DNA of 64,000 nucleotides, taken from NCBI RefSeq assembly GCF_009914755.1, contig NC_060931.1; one strand, written 5' to 3'. Shown here piece by piece: positions 48,537 to 64,000 of the stretch. The notes below the pieces were generated by a model, which had not been told where the DNA came from, did no database searches, and saw only the letters and a program-made list of their open reading frames with translations. Within the stretch, counting starts at the first letter, position 1; each line of letters starts with the position of its first letter. The DNA comes from the human T2T-CHM13v2.0 reference genome, Homo sapiens. Made by a program: the position numbers and the translations under genes.

Positions 48537-50772
48537 GTGAGAGCTGGAAAATAGTTAATTAAGTTTTTATTCCTTTTTCTTTGTGCTGTTCTTGTTGGGT
48601 GTGTTATTTAATTCAAAATCATGAGAGTGAAATATAAAGAAACATTTGCTTTTTTAATACAAACTACTTAGGTCAATTCTTTGCCTTATTCAGATTAAGG
48701 GCACCGTATCTAAGCAGTGCCCTTTGACTCATCAAATCTTTTTCAGCCCTTTGTGAACTGTTACTGTAATGATCTAGAAATACAGCCAAAGCCAAGACAT
48801 TAGCTATATTTTTCCTGCAACTGTGTTATAGGAAAAGGCTGAAGTTGATAAATACTGAGACAGATTGAATACAGAAACAATGAAATGATTCATAAGCCAT
48901 AATCGATTATGTAACTTAAACCTTCTCATACAAACCTTCTCGTACTCCTCAACGATGAAATGGTAACATCCTACACACTGACACGTATTAGTGATGAGTG
49001 AAGACATTAATATTTAAATGGCTAAACTTAACTTACATCTTACATTAGATTTTACCTTTAATATAGATTTGATTATTTTTCTTTTGTATGACTATATAGA
49101 TAACGAAAAATACTATTGTTACGTAGGATGCCGAATTTTTGACACAGTTCAACTCAGTGAGCTTGGTATGGGAAGCTTTTCTGTATATGGCATGTGTTAA
49201 AATTATCACCAAATCCTCATTGCTTTGATAACTCTAGGATTTACATTTTCTTAACCTATGAATGTCATGGGTAAAAGCTAAGTCAAGTTTTATTTCATTT
49301 GGGTAAGAAAATAATTATTTGTATATACCTGCTCAGACTCATCCTTTCTGGCCTTAACACTGTAAAGAGATAAAATGCATTAGCCTAGAACATTCACATT
49401 GGCGTGAATCTTGTGTGAATGTCCCCACTCTTACTCAGTTTCGGATCTTTAGAAGCAAAGTAGGAATGTATGTGTTATTTTTAATGAGTTCGACCAGTAA
49501 AGCCAGATTGAGAAAAACTTCACCACGTTTAGCCCCACTGACATTTGATAACCAAAATGTTAAACCTAGATGCAGATAGACTGCTTAATGTTGCTAGAAT
49601 CCATTTAGTAAAGTAAGCTGTAAACACTTCTGGGTTGGTACTGAGGAAAGGGTTTTGGGAAAGAATACAAAGTAGCCAAGGAGGAAAGGCACAGCTCTAT
49701 TCGATGCAAGAATGATGCCCGTTTTTTGAATTTCCTCTTTTAATATAGTAGACTGATTTTTTTTTAACTTAGTACTTTGAAAGAGCTTTAACTGATTGAT
49801 ATTTGTAATTCAGTGACATTTCCCCAGCAGCAGCAGGGACTCTTTTCTGTCTTTGAAGGAAACTTCCCACAATGATGAGTCCAGCGATCACTGACGATGG
49901 ATCCTCACTGAATGCTGAGTGGTTAAATGAGATTACTTACCAGGCGGGGACAGGTGCTCTCAGAGATCAGATACACAAGCTGAGCAGTTTGCCAAGTTTT
50001 TAAAATCAATTCTTTCTCCTATTTTGAAATTGTACTATATTTAGTGGTTACCTTCAATAAAGACACATTTTCTTTTCTTATTAGATAATAGTACACAGCT
50101 GTCTTTCCCTATCTGAACTCTTGCTATTCAACCTCCAGTACCAAGTCAATCTGCAGAAATTTCTGATGAATCCCTGTTTATTCTCATCCTAGCAATTCAG
50201 TATCTAAAATTCAGGAACCAGATGGATTTGGATTGCGAAAGATACTCGTAGTCTTAATTTTATTTGCAGCTCCCTGACTTTGTGATCCTTGTTACCTTAT
50301 TCATTTGTTGTATCTTAGAAGAGTTGTTCTTCTGTTGTTGGAGATTTTTTTTTTAACTAAAGTGTTTACAAAATGTAGAGGGCCAGAAAAATACTTCATC
50401 AGTAGCATTTAAAAAATTTGAAATGTCAGTGTATTTTGATGACTCAATAACAAAGACTATTACAGAAACAAGTGTAAAGTGTGTGATCATCAAAGCAGTA
50501 AGAAGCATACGCATGTCAGATTGCTTTGCCATATTAAAACAGATTCTAGTGCTTACTGTTTCAAATGTGTACTATAGTATTCTTATTCTCTCCTATTACA
50601 GCTCAGTAAACAATTTGCCTTCCATGTCCCAACTGTAATTTCCACTGTTTTTCACTGGTTTATAATGCTCAGTAACTATCCACTGCACCTGAATATCCGC
50701 CTGTTCTTTTGTTGCACTGATCAGATACATTCCTTTTAGGGTACTAAATTTGGATCTTTCTTCTTTGAGCAG

Positions 50773-50892
50773 GAATATTCAACGAAGCAGCTGACCAATC
50801 TGGTGAATGTTTGCCTGGGATCCCATATCAATAAGAAAGCAAGACAAAAACTTCTAGCAGCTATAGATGATATAGACAGACCTAAAAGATAA
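50773..50892 (+). CDS. VPS50: VPS50 last coding exon (EYSTKQL...DIDRPKR*)
   Basis: Acceptor tttgagcag|GAA; TAA at 50890-50892; the ten exons total 1266 nt = 421 aa + stop. Confidence 0.96.
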   Translation, partial: EYSTKQLTNLVNVCLGSHINKKARQKLLAAIDDIDRPKR

Positions 50893-51453
50893 TGAACACA
50901 GCTCTCTTTCCTCAATGGCATTGATCCTCACTCAACATATATGACCTGAAAGCCAGTTTTTTTATGCACTTCTGACAACTATCTGCTAAGAAAACTTTGT
51001 GCATGTTTTTTTGACTGGAAAGTGGAAAATATTGAAATGTGTGTGGTGTTCTCATGACTTTTATATGCTGTGGTCTCTTCAACTTTTGGTCTCATTTGTT
51101 GTAATCTGAAATGATGTTGCCGCCTTGTCATAACAATGGTTATGTGACTACAGTTATACATTTTACAGAAGAATGTACCATAAGTATATAATTAGAAGAA
51201 CAGTGGCTTAATATATGTATGGGAAGTTTATGGAAAATGAAGTTGGCACTTTTCTACCCTCTGAGCTTGGTTCTTAATAAGCATAATGTGAGGGTGAATA
51301 TGTAGTATCTCCTAATTATGAGCACTGCATGAGAATTAAAAAACACATGTAAGTAAAATAGTTGAAAAATCAGTATGTTCTCTGTTTTTAAAATGTCAAA
51401 GTTTATGTCAGGGTTAATTTAGTTATAACAAAGTGATCATAATGGTGAAATTT

Positions 51454-51459
51454 AATAAA
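51454..51459 (+). terminator. Proximal polyadenylation signal AATAAA
   Basis: AATAAA followed about 35 nt later by U/GU-rich ttttgattttttgtgtgg. Confidence 0.65.
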
Positions 51460-53557
51460 TATACTCTAGTATGATCAGCCTATGTGAGACTACATTTTGA
51501 TTTTTTGTGTGGCATGCAGATGTCATGAACTATAGTGCAGCGTTTAGTGTGTTCTAATTTTAATTGTTTTATATCCTGAAACCAATGGTGAAAAGTAATT
51601 TCATTGAGGGTACCTTTTCAATGCCTGAGTAGCATACAGAATCATGATTATGAGACTTTCTTTTATCTTTCTTTATAAAAATATGTGTTTTTTTTGTTGA
51701 AAGTTTTGGTCTCTTTAAATTCAGATTTTGTCTTAGGACAGTAAAACCCAGGTTGACTGACTCAGGAAACAGTTGTCTGCTAGTCACTCATAAATGTACG
51801 GTCATATGTTCACTCTTCTTAAATATCCACCTTTTATAACACAAATGTAAAATAGTATCAGTCTAGCCAATGATGAACTCTGGAATCCACTTAGTCTTCA
51901 GTAAGTATGTGCTGTTCCTCTAAACTTTGCCCTGAAGCCAGGGATCTTCTCCTAATGTATGTGACATAAAAATCCATTTTCCATGTACTCTTGCCAACTG
52001 TCTGATAAGGAATTTTGTGTGTGTTCTTTCTGACTGGAGAGTGGAGGACATCTAAGCTTGTGTGGCATTGGTCCAATGATTGCCATGCATGACCTGTAAC
52101 ATCAACAGCTCACAGAATCCTAAGGAATCATGTGAGAAACAGGCCTTGGGTCTTATGAGTCTTCTGGGACCTAAGGTGATAAAATGGATGGCACAGAATG
52201 GCATGTGATCAAGCATGGAGGTGATAAGGAAACAATTGCTACTCTGTGTCCATCAGTCCCTGCGATGTCTGTAAATGCACAGTGTAATGTGAAGCACTTT
52301 CAGAATATGTTTGTGTGTGTCTGTATGCTGAGTGTTTTCTTTTCATCCTCTCATGTCGGAGTTCATTTACTGTCAATTTAAAACTTTCCTCTTGTAAAAA
52401 GGTATGAGTTTGGTGCCATTATGATTTGGTTGTGGCTAGATTATATACTTGTGAAGTAGATTCTGCCTGTAGCCATTATTTATATGCAGCCACTTGAAGA
52501 AAACAAACATGAGATAAGCTTGGTCCTTGAGTTTAAATGGCATATTTAGCTGGGCACATAAAGAGCTAATCAATCTTTTAAAATTTGCAGTTGATGAAGA
52601 GCTGCTTATTTTTCTCTTCTACATGGATTTTATAGTTGGTTTCCTTTAATTTCTACTTTAGTTGGCCCTAGATAATATGAACAGGAATCACCTGCCTGGT
52701 AGAGCCCAGTGTTTTCCAAGGTAATAGGAATTGATACAAAAGAATTACTTATCTTGTTAGAGACTCGACCATGCAATCTGACAGACCTTTTAACCTACCC
52801 TTACTTTGCTTTCTCCATCTTCAAAATGAAATGGTGGATCTTTTTAATGCTTTTTGAAAAAGGTTTTTTTTTTTTTTTTTTCATTAAAAGGTAGCTTAAT
52901 AAGTGCTAGCTAGCATCAAAACAGTAACAGGAGGTTTGAGTCATGAAGTTACCTAATCACAAGAGAGTTACCAGACATTTCTCAAATACTTTATACAGTA
53001 ATATTGAGTTATAACCATGTAACATTTTATGAAACTAATTTTCAGATAAATACAATTGAAAAGCTGAGAATGTAAATGGAATTATACGTGTTCCAAAAAC
53101 TATCATTACCAAAAATTTATTATTTTTGAGTCTAAACTTTCCTTAACTTTGACATTTTCCATGAAAGTTTCCTGTAGAATTTACCATGGGAGCATGGTAA
53201 ATTAGCATTCCCTGAGAAAGAATGATCATTTCTACAAATACATTGTCTTGCATTTAAAAATGCTAGGGGGGCACATAGCAATTCAAATGAACTAGTTTGC
53301 TTTGGTTTATAAAACCAACAGAGATTTTGTAAGTTCACTTTAACTAATAAACTCATTTACACAACTTATTAAATGAATTTCTCTTGAAACCAGGGCCATA
53401 TGGTATTTTATCATATCTTTAAATAAAATTTCGAAATTTCTATTTAGCTGAGTGCTAAAGTGAAACTTTGTTAGATTAAATAGCTTTTTCTTAACTCACC
53501 AAAAAGTAGTAAAAGGCTTGTAATTCAATTCACCTTGTAAGCATAGTTGTCTTTTGT

Positions 53558-53563
53558 AATAAA
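53558..53563 (+). terminator. Distal polyadenylation signal AATAAA (others at 53346 and 53422)
   Basis: AATAAA preceded by UGUA elements (ttgtaa, tttgtaat). Confidence 0.5.
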
Positions 53564-54659
53564 AAACTAGATCTGAAGATGAATTGATGAATACAAGTTG
53601 TGCTCAAAGCACATAGAAGTACAGGGTGGGGGGGATTTCCATATATATACATATATATATATTATATATATATTTCTTTTTGGAATAATTTTGATTCGGA
53701 TTAGTGGTTAACAAAATGATATTTAGCTTCTGACAATGATTAATGATGAGAATTATTAATAGTCTGGTATAATCTTTGTAAATGTTAAGACTGGTGCAGC
53801 TTTCTACAGATTTTTTCTTATTGTGGAAAATATTTGCTCAATTCCTATCATCCACAGCTTTGTAAAGGCTATGAAAAAGTTTAAGCAGCACAGCTCTCAC
53901 AAGGACAAAACTGTTAGATTTATACAAGAGAACTGTTAGCTGTTTCAAAATGAATGGAGAAAAATAATTCATTTGCTTTGATGTGCTTTTCTTGATTGAC
54001 ATATCCTTTTTGAATATTGCTAAGTATACTTAGATCATTTTTTCAATATGAAAACAAAACCACAGCTAAATATTCTCGTTCACTTAGAAGGATCCCTCTG
54101 GAATTTTAGTACTTTATTGATATGATTAATATAGAACTCTTTTTGGTGTTTTTGATAACCATTTTTATAAGTTAATTTAGACATCACTTTTTGATCCCAA
54201 GACTGAGAAGACCTGGCCCTGGTGAGGATTTCCAAATTTGCCCTGTAGGTATTTTTTCACACTGAGCTAAGCCTTTCCATCCAGGAAAGGGATTTTCTTC
54301 ATCAGTAGTTTTTGTTTTACTCTGTTCCTTCCCAGTCCTAGGTACCAAAAGGATTTCTGCTTTAAAGAAAAGGCATTTCCACAATGTGGGCATTTTAATC
54401 CAGCTACACCAAATAGCAAGCATGCTAATCTTTGCCCAAAAAGAAAGGACTTTGTAGTCAGGGTGTCCATTTTGACACCACTCAGTACTAGAGCCTACGC
54501 TAAAGTGTAGTGACACCATCAGGTAACCACTGGGAGACCATTTTTGCTGGCTACCTGCTATCTGCCTTACCTTACTTCTGTTATCCCTGCTTTCCTAATC
54601 ACAATCCCACCTTTAAGCACCCAAGCAAAATGCTATCCTTTCCATGAAACTTATCCTTC

Positions 54660-55430
54660 CCAAGGAGAGATGTTGTGGAGAAAAATCAATAGGGAGTGGT
54701 GGTGGTCACAATGGTAGTATAACTTAAACAAGGATGGTGGCAGAAGGCCTCCCTTGAGAGGAAGGGAAGAGGCTTGCCATGCAGATGTCTGAGTGAGTGT
54801 AGCAGGCTGAGAGAATGTCAAGTGCAAAGGCCCCAGGGTGGAGGCTGCTGTCAGAGAACAGCAAGGAGGGCAGTGTGGATGGCATAGTAAGCAGAAGAAA
54901 GTAAAAGCAGAGAGGATGTGGCAGGAGGGGACACATACGGGGAAGGACTTTGGATTTCACCTTCAGATGGAAGCATTTGAGGGGCTGTGAACCAAGTGAT
55001 GACCTGATTTGTGACTTAGGATTTACCAAAACCACTCTGTGTATTTGAGAAAGAGCTAGAGAGGGACAAAAAGCAAAGCAAGGAAACAAGGTAGGAAACT
55101 AATTTGGTAAACCATGCGAGGCTAGGATTGCAGTAGCATTGCGGGATATGGTGAGGGGTGGTCAGACGCTGGACATATGTTGAAGGTAGAAACAAAATGA
55201 TTGGTATTTGAGAAAAGAGTGTGCTTAAAGACTTTCTGGAGGAAGTAGAAGTCTTTGGGAAGACTGGGTTTGTGAACAAGATCAAGAAAACAGTTTTGGA
55301 CAGGGAAGTTTGAGATACTTGGAGATAAATTATTGGATGTGTAGGAGAGGGTAGCGGCATGCAAGTCTGGAGTTCAGAGAAGAGGTCAGAGCTATAGATG
55401 TCAATGTGGGAGTCATCAGAATATAACGTA
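54660..55430. mobile_element. L2 fragment
   Basis: caagtgcaaaggccc...ggagttcagagaagaggtc..gctatagat..aatgtgggagtcatcag. Confidence 0.7.
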
Positions 55431-56667
55431 AAGCCAAGATTTCTTTAGGAGGCAGAAAACTTACAGGCATAGGAAAGTAAAAAAATTTAAAAAGGCACTA
55501 CTCCCCCATCCCCTTGCCATTGTTTCCATGAAAGGTGAGACAGGACCAGGATACTGTGCTGGAGGGACAGTTTTCTAGAGCAAATATAAGAACATCTTGC
55601 CACCTAGGGACCTACCAGGACCTTTGGACATTGTAACTCCTTTAACTGGGAAGCCATCACTCTTGTCGGAAGATACACTCTGGTGCAGCTTGTCATCTGG
55701 GGGACTGAGTGAGTTCCAGGGTCATGTTGTCTCAGAGTGTCTTCCTCCATCAGGCACTGGCTAAGCATTAAGAATGCTCTAGTGGACAGGACAGATGACG
55801 TGTGCCCTCAAGGAGCTGAAATCTAGCAGGATAAATAGATGTAAGACAAACCTTTCATTACATATTGGTGAGTATTCCAAAGGAAAATGCTGGGGTAGGG
55901 TTCAAGAAAAGACTCCCATGAGGAAGACATTCAAGTGGAGACAAGATGAGTAGGAGTTGAGTGAGGAGGCTGAGGGAAGAGCATGTTTGAGGATCAGAAA
56001 GGGTAGCGTTTGGCCTATAAAAGGGAGGGAGAAAGGCACAAGAGGTGGAGGAGGAGCTGCAAACGTAGATGTCTTCAAGCAAGAAACACACAAGTAAAGC
56101 AGCAAATGTTATTCAATAACAAGTGACCAATGTTTTGAGAAGTGGACAGTGTGGGCCAGGCTGTACCTCCAGGCACTTGAATTATAATTTTAAACTGCAT
56201 CCAAATGAACTAATCACTCCTGCTGGCCTACTAGTTGAGGGGAAGAAGAGAGTCTGTAGAGAAGAGAGACCCAGAACTTCATCTGTGTGTTCTGCTGTGC
56301 ATCCTTGACAGCACCTGGCACAGAATCTCAGCTAAGATGGATGAAATGCAAGTACTCAGGCCCTTTGAACTAGAATTTTTGCCTAAACTGAAAGAGTTGG
56401 TGAGTTCCTTTGGGGCAGCACTGTCACATATATACTCCTTACACTCCAAAGCTCTCTGTCCTGGATCGAACATATAATATTGACTTTTCAATATTGTTGA
56501 AAGAAGATTAATTACTCAGTGATTGTTGAGATGTGCATTGGCATTTGAAGCTAAAATATTAGTGGTTTAAAAAGAAGCAAAACTTGCCTCAATTCCTTTT
56601 TTTTTTTTTAAACATTTGCAGGCTGTGTAAGTTGACACTTGCCTTGTTGTATTAGACTTCCCTAGAC

Positions 56668-56850
56668 CCCTGGTTCTAAAAATGTGGTTCCCAGTAGCCT
56701 CAGCATTCATTACCTGGGAACTTGTCAGACAGGCAGATTCTCGGGTCCCCCCACCCTGCCCCTAGACATGCAGAATCAGAAACTCGGGATGAAGCTCAGT
56801 GATGGGCATTTAAACAAGCAATGATGCACACTAAAGTTTGGGAACCATTG
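56668..56850 (+). mobile_element. MER5A
   Basis: tggttct..aatgtggttccc...acctgggaacttgt...ctaaagtttgggaaccattg. Confidence 0.78.
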
Positions 56851-56861
56851 CCTTGCACTTG

Positions 56862-56863
<2 letters not shown>

Positions 56864-56893
<30 letters not shown>
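56864..56893 (+). repeat. (CA)n microsatellite, ~15 units
   Basis: Read directly from sequence. Confidence 0.95.
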
Positions 56894-56896
<3 letters not shown>

Positions 56897-59759
56897 AGAA
56901 TGAAAGTGATCCAGAGAAGTTCACCTGTAACTTTCCCCTAATTAATAAAAACTACAGTATAGCTATTCCAAACAGACTGATGAGAAGGCCTTGTTTCAGT
57001 TTTTAGAAAATTATTTATCTTTTATCCACTTAATAATTGTTACTATTCTTCAAGATAAATCTTAAACACAGAGCATTATTACCTTTCCTGTAGGAGCCTC
57101 TGAGTGACTGGTGTTTGAACAGGCCAGCAAGCATGTTGCATCTCCTTCACACTGACTTGAGGTGATTAACAAAGATTCTCCCAGGAGATTTTTAATTGGT
57201 GCATGAGTCATGAGCAGTGAGACAAGTGGAACTGCAAGAATAATGTATCTTACAGTGATTTGGTCTTTGATTTTCTTAGCAGTTAATTGAATCAGGTGGA
57301 GAGAGAAGCCAGTTCATGATTTGGTAAGGGAAGCTAGCCATTCAGATGGCTATTGTATGTGAATCAGCTTGTAAAATTTCACTTTGCTGAGTCCCCCAAA
57401 TCTAAGAAGTGCTAAAACATCTGAGAATTGGTTAATGTGCAACTTTGTCTTTGCAAATACGGAAGGATTTGTAGAGGCACCTGTTTCTACTACAAAGCCA
57501 CAGCTGGACTCTGAACAGGTGGTGTTCAAGAACATCTCTTTTAGCTTTTAAGATGAAAATATGGAGTTATTAAGCTGGAGTTATTCTGAAATTTCCACAA
57601 AGCTCAACACAAAAAAGGCTATTATAATTCTTTTCCTAATAGAATGCATCAGGATGATTGAATTCATCAGTCAGAATTACTAGGGGAGGAGATGGTTGGA
57701 AAAGTGACTTAAAAACAGGCACAGGGCACAACTTTTTTTTTTTTATGTTCCTTATAAAGCAAATTCTAAGAACTACACTTTCTGAGAACTTTCAAAGATC
57801 TATCCTTTCTCAAAAGAATATGTGTCCAATTTAATTTTGTCTTGCAGACAGCCTACAAAGCAAGCCTGCTCCCATGACCTGTCCCCTCTGTATGGATGCC
57901 ATCTGCCAGCTCCTCCCAGCAGTTCTTTGCTGCCACTACCTCTTTAATGGCCTCCGTTTCTCTATCCACATTCACCCAGGAATCTTCTCAGTGATGGCTT
58001 CCTGCCAGCAGCATCAATTCCCCAGCCTACCACTTATACCACATTCCAAGCTCTTCATGCTATGTTATCTTGGATATATTACCTTGGCTTGTCTCCTGTG
58101 CAAGGGGCTATCCACCACATTTATGTGTCTCCCACAACACTCAAGTCAGCACTGAACAATTAGTCACAATAAACTTAGTGTATAACATTCACCAAGTATG
58201 CCTTAAATGATTTACCTTTATACATTTAATTCTAACAAATCTGTATAGTAGCTAGCATTATTATTACCCCTACTCTCTACAAATGAGGAAATTATATAAT
58301 CCATTTAATTTCTGTGTAACTCAGTAAGTGAAGGAGGTGGATTTGACTCAGCCAACAATCTACCATGGTTCCATAGCCTGTGTATTTATCTATTACCCTA
58401 GAAGTCATCTGAAGCAAATAATCTTTGTTTGATTAATTTAGGAAAGACATGTCTTATTCTAGATAGAGTTAATGTAACATTCCTCTCCTGTTTGTTTCCA
58501 TGTCAGACTTACCACAAGCCTGACATGAGTTGATGGCTGGGGCTCTATTGAGTTCATTTGTTTCCTTGCCTAGTCTCCAGTTACCCTTCTGTGCCATTTC
58601 CTTTTCTCCAAGATGAGAATAATCATAGTATCTACTTCCTAGGGCTATTGTAAGAATAAAAGAATGAAAAAATTCTCAGAACAGTGTTTTGTATATAGTT
58701 CAGTAAATGGTAGTCATTATTATTAACCTTGTTCTGTGGAGGAGGTGACTGCGGCTCAAGATTATTAGGCAATTTTCCCAAAACCACAGTGCAAGGGGTA
58801 GAACCAGATCTTGAATCCAGTGCTCTTCCCGTCACTGCTTCCAGCAGCCATGTGATCCAGGTATGGCCACTGATGGACCTCATCACATTTCTTCCGGTCA
58901 CTAGTCTGCTAGAATTGCATCCCAGTATCAATTCCGTAGCTGTGTATTTCACTCGTTCCCAAAGCGTTAGTTAGCATACTGCAGAACGTATGCTGGTCCT
59001 AAGTGGGACTCCTTCAATTTTTAGTGCCTGCAGATTTCAAATCAGGGCCTATTGCTAGTAGTGAGTAATGTAATCTGCTTTGGAGAGGTAAGAATCAATG
59101 GTTATTCCATGTATAGGTGAATGCTTTAAAGCCTCTTCCTTCATGCGTTCTTTTGATAAACCACCTAAGAGACACTCTTCTGACTGCTAAGAAATTCATG
59201 TGACAATGGTACTGTTTGTGCTACCACACAAGCTCCTAAGGAAATTCCAACTGTTATGTTCACTTCTACTTCAATTGTGGGGAAAGTTTTCCCTTTATCC
59301 TTCTCCCCATACAAGGTATACAGCTCTCCCATCCTGTGTTCATGGGGCTTAAGTTTGGAGTTGCTGAAAGCTAGGGATCCCACAGGTATTAGAAACATCC
59401 ACACTCAGGGCAGCCCAGCACTGAGTCCCTTCTACTCCATTCCTTTACCCACACAGGAAGTGATCTGCAAGTGGGCATATTTTAGTTCACGCTTAGATCA
59501 GCAGTTTCTTAGACTCCTTTTCAGTTTGTTTGAGGGTTGAAGGAGCAAAAATGACATTTGGATGCTAGTGAGATGCAAAGAAAACAGAAATACTCAGAAA
59601 ACCAACAGAGGCATTAATAGGGAAATAACTCTGCCGTTGACCAATATCTTATTAATAAGATTGTTGGGAGAGTACTCTCATTTCTTTTAGAATAATTCTT
59701 TGTAGTTTGGATATTTATAAATACAAAAACCTAATATTTTCATCTCCAAGCTCATATGT

Positions 59760-59798
59760 ACACACATGCGCACACATGTGCACACACACACACACACA
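59760..59798 (+). repeat. Imperfect (CA)n repeat
   Basis: Read directly from sequence. Confidence 0.85.
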
Positions 59799-60134
59799 TT
59801 TTCTCCTGCCCTAACATCACTGACTAAACAAATCTACTGCCTGGTATGTATTTCTTTAGATAATGGGATGGTTATTTTAAAATCTATTTAAGCTGAGGTC
59901 CAGCAGTTACCACTGCTGAGTCATTAATCTTTGAGACAAGGCTTGTTGCAAGCAAACTAACTGCAGTTTTGTCCCTGAGAGTTAAGTGTGTGTCAATAAT
60001 AAAATTCTAAGTCAAATTATAATTAGTGCACATCCAGGGACTGAGATTTGTCAGTGCTTGATACTTGGTAAGTACTTTGTCTTTAAAAGCTCACTTGTTG
60101 GAAACTGGTTTAAATGCTTTTTAAACCATCTTGG

Positions 60135-60590
60135 AGATGGTTAAAACTGGGAGACTATTGGGAAGGTACAATTGCATTTTGCCATGTGAGAAGAGCATGA
60201 GCTTCTGGGATCCAGGAGTGGAATAATACAGTTTGGATGTTTGTTCCCTCAAAATCTCATGTTGAAAGGTAATCCTCAATGTTGGACATGGGGCCTGGTG
60301 AGAAGTTTTGGGTCATGGGGGCAGATCCCTCATGAATGGCTTGGTGCCCTGCCCATGGTAATGAGTTCACATGTGATTTGGTTTTTTTTAAAAAGCCTGG
60401 CACTCCCACCTCTCTCTTGCCCCCTTTCTTACCATGTGATATACCTGCTCCCCCTTTGCCTTCTGCTGTGAGTGGAAGCTTATTGAGGCCCTCACCAGAA
60501 ACAGATGCTGGCACTATGCTTTTTTTTTTTTTTTTTTTTTTTAACAGTCTGTAGAACTGTAAGCCAAATAGACCTATTTCCATTATAAAT
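60135..60590 (+). mobile_element. MST-family MaLR: end of internal region, polypurine tract and LTR (LTR from ~60224, 3'-truncated)
   Basis: ggagtggaa|taatacagtttggatgtttgttccctcaaaatctcatgttgaa...gggggcagatccctcatgaatggc. Confidence 0.8.
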
Positions 60591-60594
60591 GAAA

Positions 60595-61548
60595 AAAAAT
60601 TTCATAAGGCTATAGCTGCCACAGATAATGATTTCTCTTAGGGCTGAGCAAAGTAAATTGAATACCTTCTAAAAAGGATTCTACCATTTCTAGATGCTGT
60701 TAAAACATTCATGAATCATGAAATAAGTTTAAAATATAATTGACAGGAGTATAGAAGAAGTTGATTTCAACCATCAGGGATGACTTTGACGTGTTCGAGA
60801 CTTCAGTGGAGGAAGTCACTGCAGAGATGGTGAAAATAGCAAGAGAACTAGAGTTAGAAGTGAAGCCTAAAAATGTGACTGAGTTGCTGCAATCTCACAA
60901 TAAAACTTGAACAGATGAGGAGTTGCTTCTGATGGATGAGCGAAGAAAATGGTTTATTGAGATGAAATCTAACGCTGGGGAAGATGCTTTGAACATTGTT
61001 AAAATGACAGCAAAGGACTTAGAATACTACATCAACTAACTTGATAAAGTGGCATCAGCATTTGAGAAGATTGACTCCAGTCTTGAAAGAAGTTGCACTG
61101 TGGTAAAGTGCTACCAAACAGCATCACATTTCTAAAGAGAAATCTTTTGTGAAAGTGTGACGTGGCACACTTTTATTGTTGTCTTATTTTAAGAAATGGT
61201 ATATAAAAATGTACATGCTATAAAAGCCAACCCAACCTTCAGCAATCACTATTCTGATTAGTCAGCAGCCATCAACATCAAGCCAAGACCCTTCACCAGC
61301 AAAAAGATTATGACTTGCTTAAGGCTTGGATGATCATTAGTATTTTCCAGCAATAAAGTATTTTAAATTAAGGCATGTACATTTTTTAGACATAATGCTA
61401 TTACACATTTAATAGAGTACAGTGCAGTGTAAACATTACCTTTATATGCACTGGGAAACCAAAACATTTTTGTGACTCACTTTATTGCAATATTTGCTTC
61501 ATTATGGTGGTCTGAAATTGCACCCACAATATCTCTGGGGTATGCCTG
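60595..61548 (+). mobile_element. Tigger1 DNA transposon, 3' part
   Basis: tttcataaggctatagctgcc...; terminal ggtatgcctg + TA. Confidence 0.88.
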
Positions 61549-61549
61549 T

Positions 61550-61821
61550 ATTTATCTAAAGACAACAAAATCAGTATGTTGTAGAGATATTTGCACTCCC
61601 ATTATTATTGCAGCACTATTCACAATAGCCAACATAGAGAATCAAACTAAGTGCCCATCAGCAGATCAATGAATAAATAAAATGTGGTTTATATACACAA
61701 TGGAATACTATTCAGCCATTTAAAAAGAATGAAATCCTATCATTTACAGCAACATAGATAGACCTAGAGGACATTATGTTAAGTTGAATAAGCCAGGCAC
61801 AGAAAGATAAATATTACATGA
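61550..61821 (+). mobile_element. L1MA-type ORF2 3' fragment
   Basis: KSVCCRDICTPIIIAALFTIA remnant. Confidence 0.8.
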
Positions 61822-63963
<2,142 letters not shown>

Positions 63964-64000
63964 AGAGAATGAGGAAGACACAAAAGTGGAAATCCCTTAA

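Larger units (their letters stand above)
50893..53585 (+). other. VPS50: VPS50 3' UTR (long form; end approximate)
   Basis: AU-rich stretch after the stop with no recognisable TE, ending at a cluster of AATAAA hexamers. Confidence 0.6.

Noticed and set aside
57203-57211. Perfect AP-1-like site ATGAGTCAT in unique downstream DNA
   Set aside because: A single short motif is plausible by chance in 64 kb, and no chromatin evidence is available.

Overview
Human or great-ape genomic DNA, not microbial. The window holds the 3' half of VPS50 (syndetin/CCDC132, the EARP tethering complex subunit) on the + strand. Ten coding exons between 878 and 50892 splice in frame into the C-terminal 421 aa, ending ...IDDIDRPKR*. 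They include one GC-AG intron and are followed by a long 3' UTR with several AATAAA signals. The rest is intronic or intergenic and rich in TEs: three young L1PA copies, Alus, old L1M/L2/MIR, MaLR LTRs and DNA transposons. Most ORF-track entries are TE-derived or spurious. I see no new gene system. The most interesting signals are structural: (1) three neighbouring L1PA copies share non-consensus variants in a mosaic no single tree explains, suggesting local gene conversion or mis-assembly; (2) a 408-bp old AluJ/AluS composite sits without TSD inside a much younger L1PA3-like element; (3) a ~95%-identical ~475-bp inverted duplication encloses an inverted AluY pair just upstream of an exon; (4) a twin-primed L1 carries a short 3' transduction, and its inverted arm can pair with the full-length L1 across two exons; (5) the full-length L1 keeps an open antisense ORF0. 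TE subfamily calls come from recalled consensus sequences, and boundaries of old repeats are approximate.
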